The notes under the pieces: generated by a model
Seen by the model: the letters and a program-made list of their open reading frames with translations, nothing else
What the model was told of the DNA's origin: nothing
Databases searched by the model: none
Position numbers and translations under genes: made by a program
NCBI GenBank assembly: GCA_036725345.1
Contig: DAIMEJ010000004.1
Location: 63,735 to 127,734, forward strand
Source of the DNA: Syntrophales bacterium
GTDB lineage: Bacteria; Desulfobacterota; Syntrophia; Syntrophales; UBA2192
Length of the DNA stretch: 64,000 nucleotides
Direction of reading: 5' to 3'
In this document: positions 18,649-27,399 of the stretch, piece after piece
Numbering within the stretch: position 1 is the stretch's first letter
How the letters are laid out: each line of letters opens with the position of its first letter

Positions 18649-19722
18649 TCAGGTCGTCATGGGCTCCACGATGTACCTGACGACCAGGTCGCCGACCTCG
18701 CGGGTGCCGTATCCCATCTTCCCGGCATCCATGCTTTTCACGTCGTTTTTCACGACGGCCTTGACGGCCTCGAGAAGCATGCCGGCCGCCGGTGCTTCTC
18801 CGAGATGTTCCAGCATCATCTGGGCGGCGCAGATGGCCGCCAGCGGGTTGATCTTGTTCAGCCCGGCATATTTCGGGGCCGATCCGCTGATGGGTTCAAA
18901 CATGGAAACGGATTTCGGGTTGACATTTCCGCCCGCGGCGATTCCCATCCCGCCCTGGATCATGGCGCCGAGATCCGTTATGATGTCGCCGAACATGTTG
19001 TCCGTCACGATGACATCGAAGAACTCCGGATTTTTGACCATCCACATGCAGATGGCATCAACGTGGGCATAATCGAGTTCGATGTCCGGGTAGTCTGTGC
19101 CCACCTCCCGGAAGACGCGCTCCCACAGGTCGAAGGCATAGGTGAGGACGTTCGTCTTCCCGCAGAGGGTGAGTTTCTTTCTCCTGTTTCTCTTCCGGCA
19201 GTATTCGAAGGCAAAACGGATGCAGCGCTCGACGCCGCGCCTTGTGTTGACGGATTCCTGGATGGCGACTTCTTCGGGTGTGCCCTTCCTGAGAAACCCG
19301 CCGCTTCCGGCGTAGAGACCTTCCGTGTTTTCGCGGACAACGACAAAGTCGATGTCGCCGGGACCCTTGTCCTTGACGGGGGTGTAGACACCGGGGAAGA
19401 GCACCACGGGTCTCAAATTGATGTAGAGGTCGAGTTCAAACCGGAGCTTCAGCAGGACCTCCCGTTCCAGGATGCCCGGCTTGACCTCGGGGTGACCGAG
19501 GGCGCCCAGCAGGATGGCGTCCATTTGTCTCAACTCCCGGAGTACCGAGTCGGGCAGAAGCTCCCCCTTTCGGAGGTAGCGATCACCGCCCAGGTCGTGG
19601 TAGACCAGGTTGAAATCAGGTCCCCCCGCGTCGGTAACTGCCCTGAGGGCCTTCACGGCCTCCGAGATGACTTCGGGACCGGTCCCGTCCCCGGGGATGA
19701 CGCAGATATCGTACGCCTTCAT
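18649..19722 (-). CDS. leuB: 3-isopropylmalate dehydrogenase
   Basis: 357 aa. ICVIPGDGTGPEV..., NLRP, MFEPISGSAPKYAG and other typical isocitrate/isopropylmalate dehydrogenase motifs. Overlaps the leuD stop by 4 nt. Confidence 0.9.
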   Translation of the reverse strand: MKAYDICVIPGDGTGPEVISEAVKALRAVTDAGGPDFNLVYHDLGGDRYLRKGELLPDSVLRELRQMDAILLGALGHPEVKPGILEREVLLKLRFELDLYINLRPVVLFPGVYTPVKDKGPGDIDFVVVRENTEGLYAGSGGFLRKGTPEEVAIQESVNTRRGVERCIRFAFEYCRKRNRRKKLTLCGKTNVLTYAFDLWERVFREVGTDYPDIELDYAHVDAICMWMVKNPEFFDVIVTDNMFGDIITDLGAMIQGGMGIAAGGNVNPKSVSMFEPISGSAPKYAGLNKINPLAAICAAQMMLEHLGEAPAAGMLLEAVKAVVKNDVKSMDAGKMGYGTREVGDLVVRYIVEPMTT

Positions 19723-20237
19723 CGCTGTCTCTTCTCCGTTTTTTTCTTCAGTTTGTTCCGCCTCACGTGCTCGACGAGCCCCCCCGACCTTATGAGCCTC
19801 CTCATGAAATCGGGAATCGGCTGCGCCGAAGCGGTCCCATGGCTCACCACATTCTCGATCTTTCCCGTCGAAAGATCCACCGAGATCTTCTCCCCCTCCC
19901 GGAACCGTTCCGCGGCCTCACCGGACTCCACGAGCGGCAGCCCGATATTGAAGGCACTGCGGTAGAATATTCTGGCAAAACTCCGGGCGATGACGGCGCG
20001 GATACCCGCCTCTCTCAGCGCAAGGGGGGCGTGCTCGCGCGAGGATCCGCAGCCGAAGTTTCTTCCCGCTACGATAATGTCGCCCACCGCGACGGCCCCC
20101 GCAAAATCAGGCCTTATATCGGCAAAGACATGCTTCGCCAGCTCCGCGCCGTCCGAGGTGTTGCAATAGCGTGCGGGGATGATGAGATCCGTATCCACAT
20201 CATCTCCGAACTTCCACACCCTGCCTCTAATAAGCAT
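19719..20237 (-). CDS. leuD: 3-isopropylmalate (or citramalate) dehydratase small subunit
   Basis: Family-like start MLIRGRVWKFGDDVDTDLIIPARY at ATG 20237, with GGGGA 5 nt upstream. GRNFGCGSSREHAP motif. Confidence 0.85.
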   Translation of the reverse strand: MLIRGRVWKFGDDVDTDLIIPARYCNTSDGAELAKHVFADIRPDFAGAVAVGDIIVAGRNFGCGSSREHAPLALREAGIRAVIARSFARIFYRSAFNIGLPLVESGEAAERFREGEKISVDLSTGKIENVVSHGTASAQPIPDFMRRLIRSGGLVEHVRRNKLKKKTEKRQR

Positions 20238-20290
20238 CTTCGTCCCCACTTTCATTACATTCACGACTGTCCGGCACGCCCGCCATGCCG

Positions 20291-20368
20291 AAAAAAACTG
20301 GAATGTTGGAATAATGGGTTCTTTTAACCCCTTCCTTCCATCGCTCCACTATTCCATTATTCCATTCC
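20291..20368 (-). promoter_or_regulatory. structured RNA / terminator-like element between leuC and leuD
   Basis: Minus strand, directly after the leuC stop: GGAAUGGAAUAAUGG ...33 nt... CCAUUAUUCCAACAUUCC (15 bp with a 3-nt bulge), then AG + U7. Confidence 0.5.
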
Positions 20369-21625
20369 TCACAGATCGTCCGGCCCCGCAATACGTCCCA
20401 GGATGGCCGAAGCCGCCGCCACGTAAGGGTTGCAGAGATAAACCTCGCTCTTCGGGTGCCCCATGCGCCCGACGAAATTGCGGTTCGTCGTCGCAAGCGC
20501 CCGTTCACCTTCTGCGAGGATTCCCATGTGACCGCCCAGGCAGGGGCCGCAACAGGGCGGGCCGATGACGGCCCCGGCCTTCAGGAAGGTTTCGATGACG
20601 CCTTCCTTCACGGCCTCTTTGAGGATCCAGGGCGATCCCGGTATCACGATGAGACGAAGCCCCTTGGCCGCTCTCTTCCCCTTGAGAACGCGAGCCGCGT
20701 CCCGCAGGTCCTCGAGCCAGCCGTTCGTGCAGGACCCGATGAAGACCTGGTCCAGGGTCACCTTCCCCACCTTCGACAGGGGGCGCTCATTGGCCGGCGA
20801 GGGCGGAAAGGCCACCTGGGGCTCGATTTGAGCCACATCGATCCGGATGACTTTTGCGTAGACGGCATCCGGATCGCTTTTGAAGACCCTCGGTTTGAGG
20901 CTCGATCGGTCTTTCACGTAGGACAGCGTTTTTTCATCGGGCTCCATGATGCCGTTCTTCGCCCCGGCCTCCACGGCCATGTTCGCCATGGCAAACCGCT
21001 GGTTCATGGGGAGATCCACGATGGCGGGCCCGGTGAATTCCATCGCGCTGTAGAGAGCGCCCTCGACGCCGATCCGGCCGATCGTGTAGAGGATGAGATC
21101 CTTGCCGACAACCCAGCGGCGCCTCTTCCCCGTGTACTCGAGCCGGATGGTCGGCGGGACCTTCAACCAGATTTCCCCCGTGGCCATAACGGCTCCGAGA
21201 TCGGTGCTGCCGACACCCGTGGAAAAAGCCCCGAGGGCCCCGTAGGCGCAGGTGTGACTGTCGGCCCCGATGACGACCATCCCCGGGACGACAAGCCCTT
21301 TCTCCGGCAGGATCACGTGACCGATGCCTGACTCGCCCACCTCGAAGTAGTGCTTGATGCGGTGCTTTCTCGCAAAGTCCCGCATCCGCTTGGCCTGCTG
21401 GGCCGAGGGGATGTCCTTGTTGGGCACGAAGTGATCCGCCACGAGGGCTATCTTGTTGCGGTTGAACACCCGGGTGGCGCCGATCTCCTCGAAGACCCCT
21501 ATGGCCAGCGGTGCGGTGAAATCATGGGCGAAGGCAAGGTCTACCTTCACCTCAATGAGATCGCCCGGCAAAACCGACCTCAACCCGGCATGGGCGGCCA
21601 GTATCTTTTCAGTAATGGTCATCAC
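20369..21625 (-). CDS. leuC: 3-isopropylmalate (or citramalate) dehydratase large subunit
   Basis: 418 aa. Aconitase-family motifs (GADSHT, GSCTNG, CGPCLG). Confidence 0.9.
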   Translation of the reverse strand: MMTITEKILAAHAGLRSVLPGDLIEVKVDLAFAHDFTAPLAIGVFEEIGATRVFNRNKIALVADHFVPNKDIPSAQQAKRMRDFARKHRIKHYFEVGESGIGHVILPEKGLVVPGMVVIGADSHTCAYGALGAFSTGVGSTDLGAVMATGEIWLKVPPTIRLEYTGKRRRWVVGKDLILYTIGRIGVEGALYSAMEFTGPAIVDLPMNQRFAMANMAVEAGAKNGIMEPDEKTLSYVKDRSSLKPRVFKSDPDAVYAKVIRIDVAQIEPQVAFPPSPANERPLSKVGKVTLDQVFIGSCTNGWLEDLRDAARVLKGKRAAKGLRLIVIPGSPWILKEAVKEGVIETFLKAGAVIGPPCCGPCLGGHMGILAEGERALATTNRNFVGRMGHPKSEVYLCNPYVAAASAILGRIAGPDDL

Positions 21626-21641
21626 GATCTGCGCCCCCCCC

Positions 21642-23237
21642 TCACGCCTTACGATGATTGTGGTTCAGGCGGTCCTTGCTCAGCTTGTACTGGAAACTGT
21701 CCACCAGGGCCTGCCAGCTCGCCTCGATGACGCTTTCCGACACACCGACGGTGCTCCAGATTTCATTGGGGTCCTGAGACTCGATGAGAACCCTCACCTT
21801 GGCGGCTGTGCCTTCGCTGCCGTCGAGGATGTTGACCTTGAAATCGACAAGGTGCATCTCGTCGATTTCTGGGTAGAAGGTTCGCAGCGCCTTCCGGAGG
21901 GCGTTGTCGAGCGCGTTGATGGGGCCGTTGCCTTCGGCCGCCGTGATCTCCACCTCGTCCCCCACCCAGATCTTGATCATGGCCTGGGCGTGAGAGGGGT
22001 TCTCCTCGTCCTTTTCGTTGATCACGCGGAACAGTTCGAGTTCAAAGGGTTCCTCGAACTGGCCCGTGGCCTTCTTGATGAGAAGAGCGAGCGATCCGTC
22101 GGCTGCATCGAAGGTATAACCCTGGTCCTCCATCTGCTTGATGACCTGGACGATCTTCCTGCTGGCCGTTCTGTCCCGGCCCAGTGAAAGGCCCAACTCC
22201 CTGGCCTTGTACTCGATGGTACTTTTCCCCGAAAGGTCCGAGGCCAGGACCCTCCTCTGGTTCCCCACGCGGGCCGGGTCGATATGCTCATAAGCGGCGG
22301 GGTTTTTCCGAACGGCGTCCACGTGGACACCCCCCTTGTGGGCAAAAGCGCTCCTACCCACGAAGGGTCTCGAGTTCAGTGGCGGGATATTGGCGATGTC
22401 ACCGACGAAACGGGAGAGATTCGTCAGCTGCCGGATCGACGCCTCTGCCAGGCACTTTTTCTGCATTTTCAACTGGAGATTGGCGATGATGGTAACCAGG
22501 TCGGCGTTGCCGCAGCGTTCCCCGAAACCGTTGATGGTCCCCTGCACCATTCTGGCACCGGCCGACACGGCAGCCAGCGTGTTGGCCACGGCAAGGCCGC
22601 CGTCATTATGGGTATGAATGCCGAGCAGCCCCCGTGGGACGATATCGGACATTTCCAGGGTGACCCGGTGGACCTCCTCGGGGAGGGACCCTCCGTTGGT
22701 GTCGCAAAGAACGATCATGTCCGCGCCCGCCGAAAGGGCTGATCGGATGGTTTCTTTTGCGTAAGCGGGGTTTGCCCTGTAGCCATCGAAGAAATGCTCC
22801 GCATCGTAAATGAGCTCCTTGCCCCGGTCCTTGAGAAAACGGACGGTGTCCCCGATCATGGCCAGGTTCTCCTTGAGGGGCACTTTGAGGATTTCGTGGA
22901 CGTGGAGGTCCCAGGTTTTTCCGAAGATCGTCACCACGGGTGTGGCGGCATCGAGAAGGGCCAGCAGGTTCGGGCACTCCCGCGGCTTGATGCCTGCTTT
23001 CCTCGTGCTCCCGAAGGCCGACAGCTTCCCGTTCTTGAATGTATTCTCCCGGGCAAGCTCGAAGAAGCGCATGTCCTTCGGGTTCGAGCCCGGCCATCCC
23101 CCCTCGATGTAGTGGAACCCGGCGTCATCCAGCCGCTGGGCGATCCGCAGCTTCTCCTCTGCGGAAAAATTGACCTGCTCGCCCTGGGTCCCGTCTCTCA
23201 AGGTGGTGTCATAGATGAGTACGTCCCATTTCTTCAT
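21642..23237 (-). CDS. cimA: citramalate synthase (LeuA-related, CimA type)
   Basis: IYDTTLRDGTQGEQVNFS...YIEGGWPGSNPKD, ~530 aa with a C-terminal LeuA-dimer-like domain. The second ATG (23237) is preferred because GGGGGA lies 9 nt upstream. The distinction between CimA and LeuA is family-level inference. Confidence 0.75.
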   Translation of the reverse strand: MKKWDVLIYDTTLRDGTQGEQVNFSAEEKLRIAQRLDDAGFHYIEGGWPGSNPKDMRFFELARENTFKNGKLSAFGSTRKAGIKPRECPNLLALLDAATPVVTIFGKTWDLHVHEILKVPLKENLAMIGDTVRFLKDRGKELIYDAEHFFDGYRANPAYAKETIRSALSAGADMIVLCDTNGGSLPEEVHRVTLEMSDIVPRGLLGIHTHNDGGLAVANTLAAVSAGARMVQGTINGFGERCGNADLVTIIANLQLKMQKKCLAEASIRQLTNLSRFVGDIANIPPLNSRPFVGRSAFAHKGGVHVDAVRKNPAAYEHIDPARVGNQRRVLASDLSGKSTIEYKARELGLSLGRDRTASRKIVQVIKQMEDQGYTFDAADGSLALLIKKATGQFEEPFELELFRVINEKDEENPSHAQAMIKIWVGDEVEITAAEGNGPINALDNALRKALRTFYPEIDEMHLVDFKVNILDGSEGTAAKVRVLIESQDPNEIWSTVGVSESVIEASWQALVDSFQYKLSKDRLNHNHRKA

Positions 23238-23260
23238 GATGTTCATTCCCCCATAAATTG

Positions 23261-23294
23261 AAAATCCGTTACCGGGTGACCGGATAACGGATTT
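23261..23294 (-). terminator. attenuator terminator in the cimA leader
   Basis: Minus strand AAAUCCGUUAUCCGG-ucac-CCGGUAACGGAUUU (14 bp, one bulged U) followed by UCAAUUU, ending about 10 nt before the cimA RBS. Confidence 0.7.
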
Positions 23295-23342
23295 CTCAGC
23301 AGGTTTATGTCCTCTCCATTATTCCATCATCGGTCCCCTACG

Positions 23343-23411
23343 TCATCCAGACGTATCCTGTATGACGATAATAATGATGGGCCGAATGATGAGAATAATG
23401 TCCCGATACAT
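23343..23411 (-). CDS. Ile-rich leader peptide (22 aa) of the cimA-leuCDB operon
   Basis: Hand translation: ATG TAT CGG GAC ATT ATT CTC ATC ATT CGG CCC ATC ATT ATT ATC GTC ATA CAG GAT ACG TCT GGA TGA = MYRDIILIIRPIIIIVIQDTSG (9 Ile). Too short for the ORF track. Confidence 0.6.
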   Translation of the reverse strand: MYRDIILIIRPIIIIVIQDTSG

Positions 23412-23449
23412 GGATTTTATAGTGTATTTCCCCGTTTTCGGTGATATGT

Positions 23450-23478
23450 ATGCTAGTGATCCCGCCGGGTTTTGTCAA
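23450..23478 (-). promoter_or_regulatory. candidate sigma70-type promoter for the cimA leader
   Basis: Minus strand TTGACA (23478-23473), 17 nt spacer, TAGCAT (23455-23450). Confidence 0.5.
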
Positions 23479-23587
23479 CTAAAAAATGGGGTCCCCCGTA
23501 TTGATACCCGTAAAACGGCTCAACCTAAAGATCCTCTGAAGGGCACCGATAAAAAGTTTGTACATAACATGAGCGAAAGGTGAGGTT

Positions 23588-23953
23588 ATGACATCGATGA
23601 ATAAAATCAGTATCGCTTTGACCGTTTTATCCGTCTTCCTTCTCTCGACGGCACTCCCCGCCCCCTCCGACGCGGAAGATGTGTCATTCCGTTGTGGTAA
23701 CGAAACCGTCTCCGTCGGCGACTCCTCGTACGTGGTCCTTAAGGCCTGCGGTGAGCCGGCTCGAAAGGACAAAACAGGCAAGGCCGGTGTGGCAAAGAGT
23801 GGTACGACCGCCACCGGTGAGAAGGCCGTCAAGGGTGCATCAGGCCGCGTTGAGAAATGGTACTACGACGAAGGCTACGGGGGCTACGTCTACATCCTTA
23901 CCTTCCAGGGCAGCACCCTCAGGAAAATCGAAAAGGGCGGACGGGGCAGATAG
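23588..23953 (+). CDS. DUF2845-like secreted protein
   Basis: 121 aa. Signal peptide, two Cys (FRCGNETVSVGDSSYVVLKACGEP) and a C-terminal WYYDEGYGGYVYILTFQG pattern resembling DUF2845. SD AAGGTGAGG upstream. Confidence 0.55.
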   Translation: MTSMNKISIALTVLSVFLLSTALPAPSDAEDVSFRCGNETVSVGDSSYVVLKACGEPARKDKTGKAGVAKSGTTATGEKAVKGASGRVEKWYYDEGYGGYVYILTFQGSTLRKIEKGGRGR

Positions 23954-23972
23954 AGGGGGGACGCCTCCCCGC

Positions 23973-25625
23973 TCAAGTCCCGATACGGCCTGCATGCTCC
24001 CGCATACGCCGGCTCCGCGCGCGGCCCACGGCCAGAGAGACGACACCGAAAAACCCCAGCGCCATGGATAATTCCACGCCCAGGTGAAGCGCCACGAAAG
24101 CGAAGCCTATCAGGGGCAGCAGAGAAAGCCTGACAGCCGCCTTCAAGGCTTCTTGACCGGAAATGAAACGGGCAACGGGAGGCGAGAGATCTTCGTAGAG
24201 TCGCACCATGAAGTTCCCCGCTGCATGACCGCGAAGATACTCGTCCCTGAAATCCCTCAGGATCTGCACGTGTGGCTCCATCGGTGAGCCGAAGGCCGCC
24301 GTTGCGATGAAGCACCCGCCGCCTCCGCCGCCGCTGCTGCCTGGCTTAGACACGGGCGGGGTTTCAGCGCTTTGCGTGATGGTATAATCTGACCCCGCTA
24401 TGGCAAGAGAGCCTATCCTTGTCGACGCAGTTGTATTTGCTGATACACTGTAGCTTATCTGTCCGTTCCCAGTGCCACTCGATCCGGAGGTCAGTGTAAT
24501 CCAGTCGTCATTGCTGGTGGCGGTCCATTTGCAGTCAGCGCCGCAATTCAAAATGGCTGATCCTTCTGAGGCATTTGCCGAAACGGAAGCACCCGTGGAC
24601 TGCAGGGCATATGAGCATGTGCCAGCGAAAGACACCCCGAGCGTCTGGAATTTTCTTGCGGTCGTGATTGGCAGCATGGAGCAACCATAGTTCATCCGCA
24701 TCTTCATTCGAAATAACCCATTCGGACGATCTCCCCCCGACGTTCCCCAACTGTTCAAAACGATCCAGTAATGGTTGGCAGGATCGGCATCATCGTCGTT
24801 ATAACCGATAATGATGACCGCGTGACCCCCTCCCTCCGAAACATCATAACTCGTTCCGCAATAGGTATCGGGATTCCAGGTTGCTGTTTCCGTCTGATGG
24901 TCCCAGAAATCGTAGAATTCATTCCACGCAGCCTGATTGGGGAGATAATACGAAAACCAAACCCCCTTACCCTGGTTGAGAATTGATTTGATGTTGAGAA
25001 TCGCGTCGTCCTGGCCGACGCCAGTCGTCTCTATCGTCTGAACCACCAGGTCCGAAGAAAAGGGGTAATTCGTGGGGTACCAGGAGACGGAGCCACAGGC
25101 GCTGTCGCACGTCCCTTCGCCGTCGACGTACGCTGCCCCCGGATTGGTCCAGGGCACCGCGAAACCCCGGCTGTTATAGAAATCGACAAACATTGTGAGG
25201 TTACCGCCCTCGCATGCGCAGTCACCCGTCTTACAGGCATCGAGGAACTGGACGGAAAGGCGATCCTTGATCGCAAGCTGTGACTGGAGTGCGAGTTCCA
25301 GAACACCCGTCCCCGCCCAGGCCCAGCAGTTACCGCATTGCCCCTGGTTTCTCTGGGCAGGAACATATTGAATATTATCCAGGAGACTGAGAGACGAACC
25401 GACCTGCTGGTCTGCCGCTATCACAAGCCCGGACCGCACCCAGATGTCGATTTGCGCCCTCACAGCATTCTCGTAGTCTCTCTCCCAACGGTTCAGGGTC
25501 AGCGCATCCGGGCGCATCAAGGCGGGCCGGGATTTAGGCATCTCCTGGGAGAACGCGCCGGACGGAGAGCCTGCGATCAAGACAAAGGCGAGAAGGAGGG
25601 CGGCGGCAATCCTCGTTTTCTTCAT
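23973..25625 (-). CDS. secreted papain-family (C1) cysteine peptidase with Ig/BACON-like domain and C-terminal membrane-anchor region
   Basis: 550 aa. Signal peptide. Catalytic Cys in [10 protein letters not shown], His in [11 protein letters not shown], Asn/Trp in LNSWG. Then a beta-rich domain ([13 protein letters not shown]...[12 protein letters not shown]), a Gly run, a [11 protein letters not shown] motif and a hydrophobic tail. Confidence 0.8.
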   Translation of the reverse strand: MKKTRIAAALLLAFVLIAGSPSGAFSQEMPKSRPALMRPDALTLNRWERDYENAVRAQIDIWVRSGLVIAADQQVGSSLSLLDNIQYVPAQRNQGQCGNCWAWAGTGVLELALQSQLAIKDRLSVQFLDACKTGDCACEGGNLTMFVDFYNSRGFAVPWTNPGAAYVDGEGTCDSACGSVSWYPTNYPFSSDLVVQTIETTGVGQDDAILNIKSILNQGKGVWFSYYLPNQAAWNEFYDFWDHQTETATWNPDTYCGTSYDVSEGGGHAVIIIGYNDDDADPANHYWIVLNSWGTSGGDRPNGLFRMKMRMNYGCSMLPITTARKFQTLGVSFAGTCSYALQSTGASVSANASEGSAILNCGADCKWTATSNDDWITLTSGSSGTGNGQISYSVSANTTASTRIGSLAIAGSDYTITQSAETPPVSKPGSSGGGGGGCFIATAAFGSPMEPHVQILRDFRDEYLRGHAAGNFMVRLYEDLSPPVARFISGQEALKAAVRLSLLPLIGFAFVALHLGVELSMALGFFGVVSLAVGRARSRRMREHAGRIGT

Positions 25626-25720
25626 GGGGTTTTTTCCCTGTTCGTTTTATTGTGGCGGCGGTAAAGCCGCGGTGCTTCCTGTCGCTGCTGCAATCAGGAA
25701 GCGGTGTTGAAAGGGTCTTC

Positions 25721-26185
25721 TCAGCGGGGAGACGCCGCGCCTCCCGTCAGAGAGGGAAAATCAAAAATAAGCGGCGTGCAGGTTCCTTTCTTGATCACCT
25801 GCAGGATGCAGTCATAGCGTTTGCCCGGCCGGATGTCAAATTTCTCGATGAAGGCCCTGCCGGGGGGATTCACCCGGTCGGGAAGCAGGCTGAAGGATCT
25901 TTCTTCCACCCGGGCGAAAGGCTCCTCGATCGGCCCGTCGGGGATGAATCGGAACTTGACGTCGTACCGCTCGACGGCAGAAACAGGAACCGACTCCGAT
26001 TTCGAGACGGAGATGATTTCCGCCTGTCCCGGGTAGCTCCGGTACTGGCAGGGCCCGCCGACCAGGGGCGTCTTTCCCGTACCCGATTCGGCCAAAGTAC
26101 AGCCCAGAAGCAAACCCGGGATCACACTATACAGTATCGACAAAATCTTTGATTTCTTTATCAAAACCATGTTCTCACCCCGCAT
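25721..26185 (-). CDS. hypothetical lipoprotein
   Basis: 154 aa with lipobox LLLGC. No family recognised. The start may be the internal MVLIKK. Confidence 0.45.
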   Translation of the reverse strand: MRGENMVLIKKSKILSILYSVIPGLLLGCTLAESGTGKTPLVGGPCQYRSYPGQAEIISVSKSESVPVSAVERYDVKFRFIPDGPIEEPFARVEERSFSLLPDRVNPPGRAFIEKFDIRPGKRYDCILQVIKKGTCTPLIFDFPSLTGGAASPR

Positions 26186-26276
26186 TTTTAAATGTGACTG
26201 AATTCCTTGAGATAATTTCCTGATGACAGAAATTGTCCATGCAAACCCCGGGCCCCCAAACCGTCCATGAAAGCAA

Positions 26277-27398
26277 TCAGTCGAGCCGTTTTCTGAACCG
26301 GCTCAGGGAGCCGGCGAAGACCGCCACGCCGAGGAGGGCGAGCCCCAGGAACTGCGGCCAGAGGATCTCGAGACCAACGCCTTTCAGGAAGATCCCCCGG
26401 ATGACAACGAGCATGTACCTCAGGGGGATGAAGTAGGTCAGATACTGGACCGCGTCGGGCATGTTGGCGATGGGGAAGACAAACCCGGAGAGCATGAAGA
26501 AGGGGACGATGAAAAAAAAGGTTGTCATCATGGCCTGCTGCCTCGTCGATGAAATGGTGGATATGAAAAGACCGATGCCCAGTAAACTCAGGAGGAAGAG
26601 GCAGACGGCAAAAAAGAGCAGCGGGATGCTCCCCATCAGGGGAATCCCGAACCAGAAAACGGCAAAGGCCGTCACGACCATCATCTGGGCGAAGGCGATG
26701 AGGATGTAGGGAATCGTTTTCCCCGCGATGAATTCGGCGGGCTTGAGGGGGGTAACGATGAGTTGCTCCATGGTCCCGGCCTCTTTTTCCTTGATGATCG
26801 CCATGGAGGTGAGAAGGAGCGTCAGGATCATGACCAGCACGGCGACGATCCCGGGCACGAAGAAATACTGGCTTTCGAGGTTGGGGTTGTACCAGGTCCG
26901 GACGCGCCCGTCGATCTGTCCGTATTCGATCTTCCGGGGATAGAGTTCCTTCATGAATTTTTGATTCAGCCGGTCCAGCACGAGCTGCGTGTAGGCGATC
27001 CGCACGGCGGCGATATTGCTCATGCTGCCGTCCACGAGGATCTGGACTGCCGCCGTCTCCCCCTTTCGGATCCGCTCGCTGAAATCCGGCCCAATCTTGA
27101 TGGCGAGATCCACCTTTCTCTCGAGGAGGAGACCCTCGAGGTCCCTGGAATTCGCGGGGTAGCGGGTGACCCGGAACACCGGGCTCCCCTCCAGGGCGTC
27201 TCTCAGCTCCCTGCTCTCCTTCGTGTGGGACTGGTCGAGCAACGCCACCTGGATGTCTCGGACGTCGGTGGAAACGACGTACCCGAAGACGAGGATCATG
27301 ATGAACGGGGCGATAACGAGTATGGGCCGGTTCTTCGGATCCCTGAAGAGCTGGATGAATTCCTTTCTCACGAGTTCCCGGATCCTCAGCCACGACAT
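26277..27398 (-). CDS. ABC-2 type transporter permease
   Basis: 373 aa. Large periplasmic loop after TM1, then 5 TM helices. YbhS/YbhR-like. Confidence 0.85.
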   Translation of the reverse strand: MSWLRIRELVRKEFIQLFRDPKNRPILVIAPFIMILVFGYVVSTDVRDIQVALLDQSHTKESRELRDALEGSPVFRVTRYPANSRDLEGLLLERKVDLAIKIGPDFSERIRKGETAAVQILVDGSMSNIAAVRIAYTQLVLDRLNQKFMKELYPRKIEYGQIDGRVRTWYNPNLESQYFFVPGIVAVLVMILTLLLTSMAIIKEKEAGTMEQLIVTPLKPAEFIAGKTIPYILIAFAQMMVVTAFAVFWFGIPLMGSIPLLFFAVCLFLLSLLGIGLFISTISSTRQQAMMTTFFFIVPFFMLSGFVFPIANMPDAVQYLTYFIPLRYMLVVIRGIFLKGVGLEILWPQFLGLALLGVAVFAGSLSRFRKRLD

Positions 27399-27399
27399 T

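Noticed and set aside
23080-23093. GGTTCGAGCCCGG, resembling a tRNA T-arm.
   Set aside because: It lies inside the cimA coding sequence with no acceptor or anticodon arms around it. No tRNA (including tRNA-Sec) was recognisable anywhere in the window.
23247-23587. Possible T-box or other riboswitch in the long cimA leader.
   Set aside because: I could not find the conserved T-box sequence (AGGGUGGNACCGCG-like) or a specifier-loop layout. The Ile-rich mini-ORF with alternative hairpins explains the leader better. A covariance-model scan would settle it.
23940-23975. GGGGGG-acgc-CTCCCC hairpin between the convergent DUF2845 and peptidase genes as a terminator.
   Set aside because: A short stem with a G-U pair, no U- or A-tract on either side, and overlap with the stop codons. 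The evidence is too weak.
25721-26185. The lipoprotein upstream of the C1 peptidase as a chagasin-type (I42) peptidase inhibitor.
   Set aside because: Position and size would fit, but the chagasin loop motifs (NPTTG, RPW) are absent from the sequence.
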